From positions 58,214-122,213 of the forward strand of contig MKTD01000003.1 in NCBI GenBank assembly GCA_001898165.1: a DNA stretch of 64,000 bases, in the 5' to 3' direction. A program made the translations under genes and the position numbers. Below, one piece after another: positions 51,397-61,043 of the stretch. The notes beneath the pieces were generated by a model. The model did no database searches. It saw nothing but the letters and a program-made list of their open reading frames with translations, and was not told where the DNA came from. Position 1 is the stretch's first letter. Each line of letters opens with the position of its first letter. The stretch comes from Bacteroidia bacterium 43-41 (GTDB lineage: Bacteria; Bacteroidota; Bacteroidia; Bacteroidales; Dysgonomonadaceae).

Positions 51397-53955
51397 ATGA
51401 AAAACTTATCACTTTTGCTGTTGATGCTTTTGCCATTTCTCGGTTTCGCACAGGAAAGTGCAGAAACCCTATCGTTAAATGCCGGATGGTCCTTCTCCCA
51501 AGCCGGGAAAGATACCTGGTACGAGGCACAGGTTCCGGGTTCGGTGCAGCACGACCTGATCCGCCACAAAGTTTTACCCGATCCGTTTTACGGGACCAAC
51601 GAAAAGCTGATTCAATGGGTGGAAGATGAAAATTGGGATTTTAAAAAAACGTTTACCGTCCCGGCAGAACTGCTCAACCGTGACGATGCGATCCTCTTCT
51701 TCGAAGGATTGGACACGCAGGCCGACGTTTACCTGAACGGTTCCCGTATTTTACGTTCCGAAAATATGTTTATAGGACATAAGGTATCGGTAAAAAACAT
51801 ACTCAAAGAAGGCGAAAACATGTTGTACATCCGGTTTTACTCACCCGTACAATCGCTGATGCCCGCACGCATAACCGCGGGTTACGATTATCCTGCCGGA
51901 AACGACCACCGGGATGAAAAATTGAGTGTCTATAACCGGAAAGCGCCTTACCATTTTGGTTGGGACTGGGGGATCCGCATAGCACAGATGGGTATCTGGA
52001 AACCGGTTTCATTGGTGTTTTACGACAAGGCGCGAATTGATGATTTCTATGTGAAACAGCAATCTGTTACGGTGCAATCGGCAAAAATAGATAATATTGT
52101 TGAAGCGTTCTCTGTTGCCGAAAAGCCCGTTTCCGCAACCGTTACGGTTGAATATGCCGTAAAAGGGGAAGCAAAAAAATCAGTATCAAAAGAAGTAACG
52201 CTGCATCCGGGTAAAAACACCGTTTCTATCCCGTTGGAGATTACCGATCCAAAAAGATGGATGCCAACCGGCTGGGGCGAGCAATACTTGTATGATTTCA
52301 CGGCAACCGTTACGGTGGATAACCGGATAATCGCCGAAAAATCCGAAAGAGTCGGGTTACGTACGGTCAGGTTAGTACAGGAACCGGACGAGCACGGAAA
52401 ATCGTTCTATTTTGAGGTAAACGGCATTCCTTTGTTTGCCAAAGGCTCCAATTATATTCCGGGTGAAATTTTCACTACCCAACAAAACGAAGATTATTAC
52501 GCAAAGCTTTTCGATAATATAGAAGCAGCAAATATGAACTTTGTCCGCGTTTGGGGCGGCGGGATCTACGAGAACGAAGAATTTTACCGCCAGGCCGATG
52601 AGAGAGGTATCGTTGTTTGGCAGGATTTTATTTTCGGTTGTGTACCCTACCCGTCCGACGATACTTTTCTCGATAATGTTAAAAATGAAGTGATCTATAA
52701 CATCAAGCGATTGCGTAACCACGCTTCACTGGCGTTCTGGTGCGGCAATAACGAGGTGGAGGAAGGCCTTCAGCACTGGGGTTGGAACAAGCAATATCCG
52801 GCAGACACTTACAACCACTGGCTCAAAGGCTACGACAGAACGTTCCGTGAACTCATTCCTGAGCTGGTAAAAGAATTTGACGGGACACGCAGCTATATCC
52901 ACGGTTCGCCATACGATTCCAACTGGGGAAATCCTGAAACGTTTGCATCGAGCGACGTTCACGATTGGGGGCTTTGGTACGGCAATCTCCCGTTTGAAGG
53001 GATGGCCGATCGACTTCCGCGTTTTGCCAGCGAATTCGGATTCCAATCGTTCCCCGAAATGAAAACCATCCGCTCTTTCGCGCCCCAAGATCAGTGGAGC
53101 CTGGAAAGCGAAGTGATGAAAATCCATCAAAAAGCATCTACCGGAAACTCGCTCATCAAAAAGTATATGGATATGTATTATCACGAACCCCAAAATTTCG
53201 AAGATTTCGTCTATATCGGGCTGGTGATGCAGGGCAACGGCATGGAAGAGTCGGTAGAAGCGATGCGTCGCGGCAGGGATTATTGCATGGGCGCATTGTA
53301 TTGGCAGATAAACGACGATTGGCCTGTGGTATCGTGGTCGAGCATTGATTATTACGGCAACTGGAAAGCACAGCACTACCGTATGCGCGATGTATTTGCA
53401 CCGTTGGCATTGGGTGTAAAATTCAAAGATGACCAACTGAATTATTACACCATGTCCGATTATCTGAACGATATGAATGACTTACGGTTAACTGTGCAGG
53501 TAGTGGATTTCAACAAAGGCGTGGTAAAACAATTCGAGGAAAAAGTGAACGCGAAAGCCAATTCCAGCAACGTGGTGAAAACAATCAACACCGCAGAAAT
53601 GGTCTCCGAATCCGATAAAGCAAATACGATGATCCACGCATGGTTAAGCGACAGCAAAGGGAAAAAACTCTCATCCAAAGATTATTTCTTCTATTGGCCC
53701 AATAAGCTTAACTTGCCGCAGACCACCGTAAAAAGTTCGGTAAAATATGCCGACGGTAAATATACCGTTACGCTCACGAGCAAAAAGTTGGCGAAAGACG
53801 TTTTCGTGGAAATCCCGGTAATGGGAGCAAAATTTACCGATAATTTCATTGATCTGCTTCCGGGAGAAAAGAGAGTAATAGAAATAACTTCTCCCGCACT
53901 GAAAGCATCGGAAAAGACGCCAATTACGGTGAAGCACATCCGGGAAACGTATTAG
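51397..53955 (+). CDS. GH2 beta-mannosidase
   Basis: Signal peptide; FGWDWG, RVWGGG, WCGNNE (acid/base Glu), SEFGFQS (nucleophile Glu), WQIND.WP. Confidence 0.92.
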   Translation: MKNLSLLLLMLLPFLGFAQESAETLSLNAGWSFSQAGKDTWYEAQVPGSVQHDLIRHKVLPDPFYGTNEKLIQWVEDENWDFKKTFTVPAELLNRDDAILFFEGLDTQADVYLNGSRILRSENMFIGHKVSVKNILKEGENMLYIRFYSPVQSLMPARITAGYDYPAGNDHRDEKLSVYNRKAPYHFGWDWGIRIAQMGIWKPVSLVFYDKARIDDFYVKQQSVTVQSAKIDNIVEAFSVAEKPVSATVTVEYAVKGEAKKSVSKEVTLHPGKNTVSIPLEITDPKRWMPTGWGEQYLYDFTATVTVDNRIIAEKSERVGLRTVRLVQEPDEHGKSFYFEVNGIPLFAKGSNYIPGEIFTTQQNEDYYAKLFDNIEAANMNFVRVWGGGIYENEEFYRQADERGIVVWQDFIFGCVPYPSDDTFLDNVKNEVIYNIKRLRNHASLAFWCGNNEVEEGLQHWGWNKQYPADTYNHWLKGYDRTFRELIPELVKEFDGTRSYIHGSPYDSNWGNPETFASSDVHDWGLWYGNLPFEGMADRLPRFASEFGFQSFPEMKTIRSFAPQDQWSLESEVMKIHQKASTGNSLIKKYMDMYYHEPQNFEDFVYIGLVMQGNGMEESVEAMRRGRDYCMGALYWQINDDWPVVSWSSIDYYGNWKAQHYRMRDVFAPLALGVKFKDDQLNYYTMSDYLNDMNDLRLTVQVVDFNKGVVKQFEEKVNAKANSSNVVKTINTAEMVSESDKANTMIHAWLSDSKGKKLSSKDYFFYWPNKLNLPQTTVKSSVKYADGKYTVTLTSKKLAKDVFVEIPVMGAKFTDNFIDLLPGEKRVIEITSPALKASEKTPITVKHIRETY

Positions 53956-54051
53956 ACAGAGCAAAGAACAAAGAGCAAAGACAAAAGACAGTTTAAAAAA
54001 CGAAGAACGAATAACTAAAAGTGAAAAACTATTCACTTTTCATTATTCACT
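53956..54051. repeat. Compound 7-bp-period tandem and inverted repeats
   Basis: ACAGAGC-AAAGAAC-AAAGAGC-AAAGACA-AAAGACA; AACGAAG-AACGAAT-AACTAAA-AGTGAAA; ATTCACT-TTTCATT-ATTCACT. Confidence 0.75.
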
Positions 54052-54063
54052 TTAAGAGTAAAT

Positions 54064-55287
54064 ATGAAATCATTAAAAGAATTATATAGAATCGGGAATG
54101 GCCCGTCGAGCAGCCACACCATGGGTCCTAAAAAGGCGGCTGAACTGTTTCTGGGAAGAACGCCCGAAGCCGTGAGATACTCGGTGACGCTGTACGGAAG
54201 CCTGGCAGCTACCGGAAAAGGACACTTAACCGACACTGCTATCCTGAACGTGTTGGAGCCGCACGCTCCTACCACCATCGAATGGTTGCCCAAGACATTC
54301 CTGCCGTTCCATCCCAATGCGATGAGGTATGATGCGTTGGATGCCGAAGGTAAAAAAATCGATTCGTGGACGGTTTATAGCGTAGGTGGCGGAGCACTAA
54401 GCGACGGAGAGAATGTGGTAGGTTTATCCGAAACGGCGCAAAAAGATATTTATCCAATGACAAACATTGCCGATATACAGGCCTGGTGCGAACAAAACGG
54501 CAGAACATATTGGGAATACGTTGAGATTCACGAAGATCCAGATCTCTGGGATCATTTGCACAACGTGTGGCAGGTAATGAAAGCAGCCGTAAAAAACGGT
54601 CTGGATAACGAAGGAGTATTGCCCGGCCCGTTAAACCTGCAACGCAAAGCGGCATCGTATTTCATAAAAGCCAAAGGTTACAAGGCATCGCTTCAATCGC
54701 GCGGATTAGTTTTTGCCTATGCGTTGGCGGTCTCTGAAGAAAACGCTTCGGGCGGCAAGATTGTCACCGCACCCACATGCGGTTCGTGCGGCGTGCTTCC
54801 AGCCATCCTGTATCATCTGGAAGAGAGCCGCGACTTCAGCGAAACCCGTATTTTGCGGGCGTTGGCTACAGCCGGATTGTTCGGTAATGTGGTAAAACAA
54901 AACGCATCGATATCGGGTGCCGAAGTGGGTTGCCAGGGTGAGGTGGGCGTTGCCTGCTCCATGGCTGCCGCCGCTGCCAGCCAACTGTTCGGCGGTAGCC
55001 CGGCACAAATTGAATATGCTGCCGAGATGGGTCTGGAGCACCACCTGGGAATGACGTGCGACCCGGTTTGCGGCTTGGTGCAGGTGCCTTGTATCGAGCG
55101 GAACGCATATGCAGCAGCCCGGGCGTTGGACGCCAACCTCTACTCATCGTTTACGGATGGGACCCATTTAGTGTCGTTCGACCACGTGGTTGAAGTGATG
55201 AAACAGACCGAGCATGATTTACCCTCACTCTACAAAGAAACCGGAGAAGGCGGACTGGCCAGGGATTACAAAAGAATGAACAATTAA
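54064..55287 (+). CDS. sdaA: L-serine dehydratase (Fe-S dependent, single chain)
   Basis: GPSSSHTMGP, TAPTCGSCG, GAEVGCQGE, GMTCDPV.GLVQVPCIERN. Confidence 0.94.
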   Translation: MKSLKELYRIGNGPSSSHTMGPKKAAELFLGRTPEAVRYSVTLYGSLAATGKGHLTDTAILNVLEPHAPTTIEWLPKTFLPFHPNAMRYDALDAEGKKIDSWTVYSVGGGALSDGENVVGLSETAQKDIYPMTNIADIQAWCEQNGRTYWEYVEIHEDPDLWDHLHNVWQVMKAAVKNGLDNEGVLPGPLNLQRKAASYFIKAKGYKASLQSRGLVFAYALAVSEENASGGKIVTAPTCGSCGVLPAILYHLEESRDFSETRILRALATAGLFGNVVKQNASISGAEVGCQGEVGVACSMAAAAASQLFGGSPAQIEYAAEMGLEHHLGMTCDPVCGLVQVPCIERNAYAAARALDANLYSSFTDGTHLVSFDHVVEVMKQTEHDLPSLYKETGEGGLARDYKRMNN

Positions 55288-55297
55288 AACACGGACT

Positions 55298-56683
55298 TTA
55301 TTCCGTCATTTTGGGTTTATACATATCCTGTGCGGTAATGCCGCATTCCTTCATCATCCGGATACAATACTCCAGTTTACCGAAATCGGAATTGGAGTTG
55401 TTGGTGCCGAAAGTGAATTTCAGCCCGGCAGCTTTGGCTTTCTGAATAAAGGACTTGTGGGGTATCTCATACCTATTGTTGATTTCCAACACCTTACCGG
55501 TTCTCACCATTGCATCGATCACTTTGTTCTGACGTTCGTCCGTCCAAAGCATATCGTAACGATCGTTCATTGCAACGGGTAGGAAACTCGGATTTACATA
55601 CACATCCATCGGTTCATCCATTACCATGACAATCTTTTCCACAATCAGGTCCATGTATTCCTGTTCATCATCAATAAACACTTCATCCGGCATCCACAGC
55701 CGTGTTCTGTTGCCTTTCCGGTCTGTAAACGTCATGGCATCCGTGAATACATAATCGAACAGGTCGCGCACTTCTTTAGAAAAGGTAACCGGCCATTCGC
55801 GTCCTTCTCCCTGCATGGCCTGAACAAAGGGTTGACCTTGCATCCCGTTGAAATACCCGAGCACCTGTGCATCGTCCTGGATAGGAAACCCTATACCGCA
55901 ATTGGGCGCCAGTGCATAATTGATGCCGTATCTGCGCGATTGGGACTTGGCCAGGTCCAACGTCAGGTCTTCTTTCAGGTGCACGTGATAATCGAGTACC
56001 GGAAAATTGGCCTGATGCAATTTAATGATATCGTCCGACGATTCGTCAATAGCTTCGGCAAGCTGGCTGTCGATCAATGTTTTATCTATTTTCAGCGGTG
56101 TCACTTCAATGGATTTTACTTCAATGGCACCTTCGGTACTCCGAAGGGAGAAAGTGCCGTTAGAAAGGATTTGCAACCTGTTTTCCGGTGTACGGTACGG
56201 GTGGGCCGGTTCGATATACTCAACCAGCAACTCATCATTCACGGCAACCTCTATTTTTTTACCCTCTACCCTGATACGGATAGGAAACCATTCATTCCTT
56301 TTCACGATAGATTTTGTTAAGTTCCTGACCGATAACAAACTTCCGGTTTTAGTCCACCACTGCGAATTTTCCAGGTCGTTATTCAGTGCAACGGCATAAC
56401 CGCCGTCACCGTTTTTATCGGTATGAAAACGAATCTCCCCTTTTCCGTTATCCACTGTTCTTGCCGTGACAAGCAGTTCGAAATTGGTAAACATCCCATT
56501 TTTCAAGGTTATTTTACCGGTATCCTCCATCCGGATTACCGAATCCAAAGCAGCGACTGATCCTTCAGTTGACCAGCCGGTCATATTTTCTCCGTCAAAA
56601 AGGATTCTCTTCTTGTCCTGCTCGGTACAGCTCAGCAAAACAAGACAAAAAACAAACAAAAACGATACAATTCTTTTAGCCAT
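55298..56683 (-). CDS. Lipoprotein with DUF1080 (3-keto-disaccharide hydrolase-like) domain fused to a PHP-like metal-binding domain
   Basis: Lipobox LLSC; LFDG...GW, KTGSL, EWF..RIRVEG; second domain DYHVHLK...LEINN...FGTNN. Confidence 0.7.
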   Translation of the reverse strand: MAKRIVSFLFVFCLVLLSCTEQDKKRILFDGENMTGWSTEGSVAALDSVIRMEDTGKITLKNGMFTNFELLVTARTVDNGKGEIRFHTDKNGDGGYAVALNNDLENSQWWTKTGSLLSVRNLTKSIVKRNEWFPIRIRVEGKKIEVAVNDELLVEYIEPAHPYRTPENRLQILSNGTFSLRSTEGAIEVKSIEVTPLKIDKTLIDSQLAEAIDESSDDIIKLHQANFPVLDYHVHLKEDLTLDLAKSQSRRYGINYALAPNCGIGFPIQDDAQVLGYFNGMQGQPFVQAMQGEGREWPVTFSKEVRDLFDYVFTDAMTFTDRKGNRTRLWMPDEVFIDDEQEYMDLIVEKIVMVMDEPMDVYVNPSFLPVAMNDRYDMLWTDERQNKVIDAMVRTGKVLEINNRYEIPHKSFIQKAKAAGLKFTFGTNNSNSDFGKLEYCIRMMKECGITAQDMYKPKMTE

Positions 56684-56693
56684 AGTTTTAAAT

Positions 56694-57701
56694 TTAAAAA
56701 TTCAATAACAATTCAATCGTGAATTTATTAGCATCCATCTCTTCGTATAGATTCAGAATATCAAGCTCCCTATTCACAAAATACCACTCGTAATCGAATC
56801 GTAATATGGAAGAAAAATATTTTTTAGTAAGCCCAAAACCAAGGCCGACAGTTAACCTGTCCACATCAAAACCCTTTTCATTCCTATGCTTGTCAATGGC
56901 ATCCCATCGGACAGCGGGCACGATATTTTTGAATAAATAGGTCTCCTTAAGCGGAAATGCGTAAGCGCCCTGCACGTAATAAGCAGACATTTGATCTTCA
57001 TCCACGTCTTTGTTATCGCGCTTCATAAATTCCGTTTCCACTTTCCAGTTATCACCCCCGTAACGCAGATCCGCCCCGTAAAAAAAGTAATGTACTTTGG
57101 GAGTATTCAGGTAGTTGTAAAATTTAATTGTCGATCGCAATCCTTTCATGCTTCCGAGTTCGAAGCGCCCCCCGTACGACAGCTTTTCGCGCCAAACAGG
57201 GTCGTTGATCGTATTTCCGTTGTACGCCCCAAACTCGATGGAGGCAGGAACGGCATCAATCTTAAAATTATAATCGGCAAGAAAACCGATATCGCGAGTG
57301 CTTAAAAAATATTTTCCGATAAACGTACGGTTTGCAAACATAAGACTACCCGGCGAAACAACGTAAGAGTTAAAGAGAGGAATGCTTGTCTGTCCTAAAG
57401 AGAGTAACAATCCCTGTATGGGTTCAAAAGAACCGTACAGATCCAACACCTTAAAGCTGCCGTTATCGCTGAGCTCTATTTGCCCGCGGTAAGAAAAAGA
57501 AGGGGTAAGATAACCGCGTACGCCTATCCTGGAATTTCTAACGGAGAATCTGGAGCTTCCGATTTCAGGGGCATACTCAAACTTATTTTTCATAGTTCCG
57601 TCAACCTTGAACGTGGGATAACGAACAGAATCCGCTTCCTGTGCCGATACCAGCACGTAAGACATTATAAATATTAAGATTAACCTATTTTTTAACGCCA
57701 T
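56694..57701 (-). CDS. Outer-membrane porin (phosphate-selective porin O/P-like)
   Basis: Signal peptide, FSVRNSRIGVRG, LSLGQ...F, RDIG, amphipathic strands, terminal Phe. Confidence 0.7.
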   Translation of the reverse strand: MALKNRLILIFIMSYVLVSAQEADSVRYPTFKVDGTMKNKFEYAPEIGSSRFSVRNSRIGVRGYLTPSFSYRGQIELSDNGSFKVLDLYGSFEPIQGLLLSLGQTSIPLFNSYVVSPGSLMFANRTFIGKYFLSTRDIGFLADYNFKIDAVPASIEFGAYNGNTINDPVWREKLSYGGRFELGSMKGLRSTIKFYNYLNTPKVHYFFYGADLRYGGDNWKVETEFMKRDNKDVDEDQMSAYYVQGAYAFPLKETYLFKNIVPAVRWDAIDKHRNEKGFDVDRLTVGLGFGLTKKYFSSILRFDYEWYFVNRELDILNLYEEMDANKFTIELLLNF

Positions 57702-57705
57702 AAGA

Positions 57706-58254
57706 TTATACAGACATTTTTACTTTTTCCGCCTCCTTTTCAATCATTTTCTTTTTGATGTCCAATCCCCAGAAGTATCCGCCCAATCCACCGTCGGAGC
57801 GAATAACACGGTGGCAGGGAATAATGTACGAAACGGGATTATCGCCAATAGCAGATCCCACTGCACGTACAGCTCTTGGATTGTTTACGGCATTGGCGAC
57901 GGCCTGGTAGGAAGATAATTTTCCGGCAGGTATCTGCAGCAACGCTCTCCACACGTCCAGCTGAAAATCGGTTCCCGAAATATGCAGGGTAAGCTCCGGG
58001 ACTTTTTCGTTTTTGATGAAACCCAACGCGAGTTCATGCATACCGGCCTTCTGTTCCCGAAAATCGGCTTTGGGATAATTCTTTTTTAACGATGCCGCCA
58101 TCGGTTCCTTTTCTCCGAAACCGATGTAACAAATTCCTTTTGGGGTAGAAGCAATAATGGCCAAACCGTAATCGGTTTCATAAAAGAAATAGCTGATCAC
58201 CAAATCTTTCATCTCTTTTTTGCTCAAAGGAGCAATGGAAACGGAGTTGTTCAT
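57706..58254 (-). CDS. ogt: Methylated-DNA--protein-cysteine methyltransferase
   Basis: GTDFQLDVW..L..IP.G, RAVGSA, active site PCHRV; start at ATG 58254. Confidence 0.93.
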   Translation of the reverse strand: MNNSVSIAPLSKKEMKDLVISYFFYETDYGLAIIASTPKGICYIGFGEKEPMAASLKKNYPKADFREQKAGMHELALGFIKNEKVPELTLHISGTDFQLDVWRALLQIPAGKLSSYQAVANAVNNPRAVRAVGSAIGDNPVSYIIPCHRVIRSDGGLGGYFWGLDIKKKMIEKEAEKVKMSV

Positions 58255-58261
58255 AGTTGAA

Positions 58262-59275
58262 TTATTTTGCAAAAAACTGTTCAAACCCTTTGGAATAAGC
58301 AATGTCTAACGTGCTGTCGGGTTTCACATAAATAAAATAATAATGCAATCCGGGAATTTTTTGGGCAATTTCTTTCGACTTTTCCAATCCCGAAGCCATA
58401 AATGCCGTGGCATAAGCATCGGCCGTCATACAATCGTTAGCAATGACGGTTGCACCTAAAATATTTTGTTCCGACGGATAGCCGGTTTGCGGGTCGATGG
58501 TGTGGGCGTACTTTTTACCGTTTTTCAGGTAATAATTTCGATAATTTCCCGATGTAGCCAACGATTTGTCGCACAACGAAAGAATGGTTTGCAATTCATG
58601 CTGCATACCTGTGCTGTCGTCAACAGGCTTGTCTAACCCGATTCGCCAGCACACGCCCTTGTCGTTCACCCCTTTGGCAACAATCTCACCACCTATTTCC
58701 ACCATATAATTTTCAATTCCATAGCTATCGAACAATCGTGCAACCAAATCGCAGGAATACCCTTTGGAGATGGCCGAAGTGTTCAACTGCACTCTCGGAT
58801 CGGATTTTACGACATTCCCTTCGCTGTCGATCCTGATTTTGTCGTATCCCACAAATTCTTTCAGGCTATCGATAATTTCAGGTGTTATGCTGTCCATATT
58901 CTTGAATCCGAACCCCCAGGCGTTAATCAGCGGCGAAACCGTAATATCGAATTTACCTTCCGACATCCGCGAAACCTCCATGGCTTTGTTGAATACCTCC
59001 ATGAAAAGCGAATCGGGTTTCACGGGTATGTTGTTGTTTATTTTAGTGATGATCGTATTTTCCCTGAAAGGATTCAAAGACAGTTCAAACCTTTCTAATT
59101 CGGCCAGGATTTCACTTTCCAGCGATCTTTCGTAAGCGTATTTGATGTGGTACGAGGTATGAAAAATCTCACCGCTGTTTTGAAAATAGGTGTAGTTTCC
59201 CTTTTGATTGCAGGAAGGTAAAAGTAAGGTAAAAATGACTATAGGTACTCCTAAAAAAAATACATTTGCTTTCAT
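58262..59275 (-). CDS. apbE: FAD:protein FMN transferase lipoprotein
   Basis: Lipobox LPSC, FDITV.PL...WGFG, ATSGNYRNY, HTIDP.TG.P, ADAYATA. Confidence 0.93.
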   Translation of the reverse strand: MKANVFFLGVPIVIFTLLLPSCNQKGNYTYFQNSGEIFHTSYHIKYAYERSLESEILAELERFELSLNPFRENTIITKINNNIPVKPDSLFMEVFNKAMEVSRMSEGKFDITVSPLINAWGFGFKNMDSITPEIIDSLKEFVGYDKIRIDSEGNVVKSDPRVQLNTSAISKGYSCDLVARLFDSYGIENYMVEIGGEIVAKGVNDKGVCWRIGLDKPVDDSTGMQHELQTILSLCDKSLATSGNYRNYYLKNGKKYAHTIDPQTGYPSEQNILGATVIANDCMTADAYATAFMASGLEKSKEIAQKIPGLHYYFIYVKPDSTLDIAYSKGFEQFFAK

Positions 59276-59276
59276 A

Positions 59277-60227
59277 TCAAATCTCCTTCTCTATTCGGTA
59301 ATTATTTCGATCGGGTGAGTTTCGCGAAATCAGTTCGCCCAAAAAACCGGTGAGGAAAAGCAGCGTCCCGAGAATCATCGTCGTGAGTGAAATGTAAAAA
59401 TAGGGCGATTCGGTTACCAACCGGTATGGATTCCCGACATACATATCGTACAGTTTAGTAGCGCCTACCAAAACGATGGCAATAAATCCAAGAATAAACA
59501 TGATGCTGCCCAACAGTCCAAAGAAGTGCATCGGTTTTTTGCCGAATTTATTCAGGAACCAGATCGTAAGCAGGTCGAGATAACCGTTCACAAAACGGTC
59601 GGCGCCGAACTTGCTTTTTCCGTATTTACGTGCCTGATGACGCACCTCTTTCTCGCCAATATGCTTAAATCCAGCATCTTTTGCCAGGATAGGAATGTAG
59701 CGGTGCATGTCGTTATATACCTCAATGCTTTTGGCCAATGAACGTCTATAGGCTTTCAGCCCGCAATTGAAATCGTGAAGTTTAATTCCCGACACTTTTC
59801 TTGCCGTGGCATTGAAAAACTTCGAAGGCAGGTTCTTGGTCAGTTTGTCATCGTAACGCTTGCGTTTCCATCCCGAGACCAGGTCGTAGCCCTCCTCCTT
59901 TATCATCCGGTAGAGTTCTGGAATTTCGTCGGGGCTATCCTGCAAATCGGCATCCATTGTGATTACCACGTTTCCTTCTACCTTTCGGAACGCACAATGC
60001 AAAGCGGGCGATTTTCCGTAATTGCGCTGGAATTTTATGGCTTTCACCCTATCCGATTGCTCTCGAAGCCCGGTAATTACATCCCACGAACGATCGGTAC
60101 TTCCATCGTCCACAAAAATAATTTCGTACGAGAAACCGTTTTCTTCCATCACCCGCTTGATCCACGCATGCAGCTCGGGAAGAGATTCTTCTTCGTTGTA
60201 GAGAGGAACGACAACAGAAATATCCAT
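59277..60227 (-). CDS. GT2 polyprenol-phosphate glycosyltransferase (ArnC/GtrB-like)
   Basis: VVVPLYNEE, VDDGSTD, MDADLQD, two C-terminal TM helices. Confidence 0.9.
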   Translation of the reverse strand: MDISVVVPLYNEEESLPELHAWIKRVMEENGFSYEIIFVDDGSTDRSWDVITGLREQSDRVKAIKFQRNYGKSPALHCAFRKVEGNVVITMDADLQDSPDEIPELYRMIKEEGYDLVSGWKRKRYDDKLTKNLPSKFFNATARKVSGIKLHDFNCGLKAYRRSLAKSIEVYNDMHRYIPILAKDAGFKHIGEKEVRHQARKYGKSKFGADRFVNGYLDLLTIWFLNKFGKKPMHFFGLLGSIMFILGFIAIVLVGATKLYDMYVGNPYRLVTESPYFYISLTTMILGTLLFLTGFLGELISRNSPDRNNYRIEKEI

Positions 60228-60239
60228 AACTTCTTATTA

Positions 60240-60267
60240 ACGATTTACGATTTACGATTTACGATTT
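60240..60267. repeat. Perfect heptamer tandem repeat (ACGATTT)x4
   Basis: Four exact copies overlapping the stop codon of the DUF4199 gene. Confidence 0.9.
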
Positions 60268-60779
60268 GCAGGTGTATATCTGCGTGCAAACGGCACAATA
60301 AACGCCGACAAAATCAGTCCGATAAAAACATCTGTCAGAACCACGTTGCTGAAGATATAATTCAGGGTTGTCGGCAACGGCTGGTTTTCAAGGGTATTCA
60401 CCATTGTTTCGCTTAAATTCATTGCCTTTACGGTCTCAATCATATTCTCATACAGTTTTCCCACAAATGCCTGGTCAATCCACGTGATGTGCACAAAAAC
60501 AATGACTGCTTCCAAAAGTGATGCAAAAAAGAACAGCATAATACCAAACTGAACTCCATGCCAATAGCCCATAGTATTGCTTACGATATCGTTTTTATAT
60601 TTCACCAGAAAATAAAACAGGATGAGCGGTGTACCGATAGACAGAAATGAGCCGAGTATATTTAAAGCCGGGATCCGGGTCGAGCCCATCACAAAAAGAT
60701 ACTTAAACATCCAAAACAACCCCAAAAAAACGCCGCCATACATGGCATAATTCATCAACTGACTTTTATCTTCCTGCAT
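60252..60779 (-). CDS. DUF4199 family membrane protein
   Basis: Four TM segments, YAMYGGVFLG start, ID..F periplasmic loop; upstream of the GT2 gene. Confidence 0.7.
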   Translation of the reverse strand: MQEDKSQLMNYAMYGGVFLGLFWMFKYLFVMGSTRIPALNILGSFLSIGTPLILFYFLVKYKNDIVSNTMGYWHGVQFGIMLFFFASLLEAVIVFVHITWIDQAFVGKLYENMIETVKAMNLSETMVNTLENQPLPTTLNYIFSNVVLTDVFIGLILSAFIVPFARRYTPANRKS

Positions 60780-60873
60780 AAATAATTATTTACTCACAAA
60801 AGTAACTAAAAAAGTCCTCTTTAGCCCTGTTTTTTTTCACAAATCATTTTGTGTTTAACTAAAAACTGAATTT

Positions 60874-60963
60874 GCTGCCGGAATAGGGTTAGCCGCAATG
60901 GTTGGTGTGGTTCTGAACTTGATTTTGCCCAAACAGAAGGAAGAGAAAAGAAGTCACTGCTAG
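60874..60963 (+). pseudogene. C-terminal remnant of an NCS2 (uracil/xanthine) permease
   Basis: Reads AAGIGLAAMVGVVLNLILPKQKEEKRSHC*, resembling the last TM helix of UraA/PyrP; in-frame TAA at 60856-60858 upstream. Confidence 0.6.
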
Positions 60964-61043
60964 TACGCGGTATAAATTCAAATTTTTCCCCGTCAAAAAA
61001 CTTTCTGTTGAAAAATACGTTTAATGAAAAAGAACTCAATAGA

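Noticed and set aside
52726..53436. Long antisense ORFs (236 aa here; also 14190-14894 and 59775-60416)
   Set aside because: They lie opposite well-supported genes and have no protein-like motifs; shadow frames
53956..54051. CRISPR array
   Set aside because: Units are 7 bp with no unique spacers, and there are no cas genes
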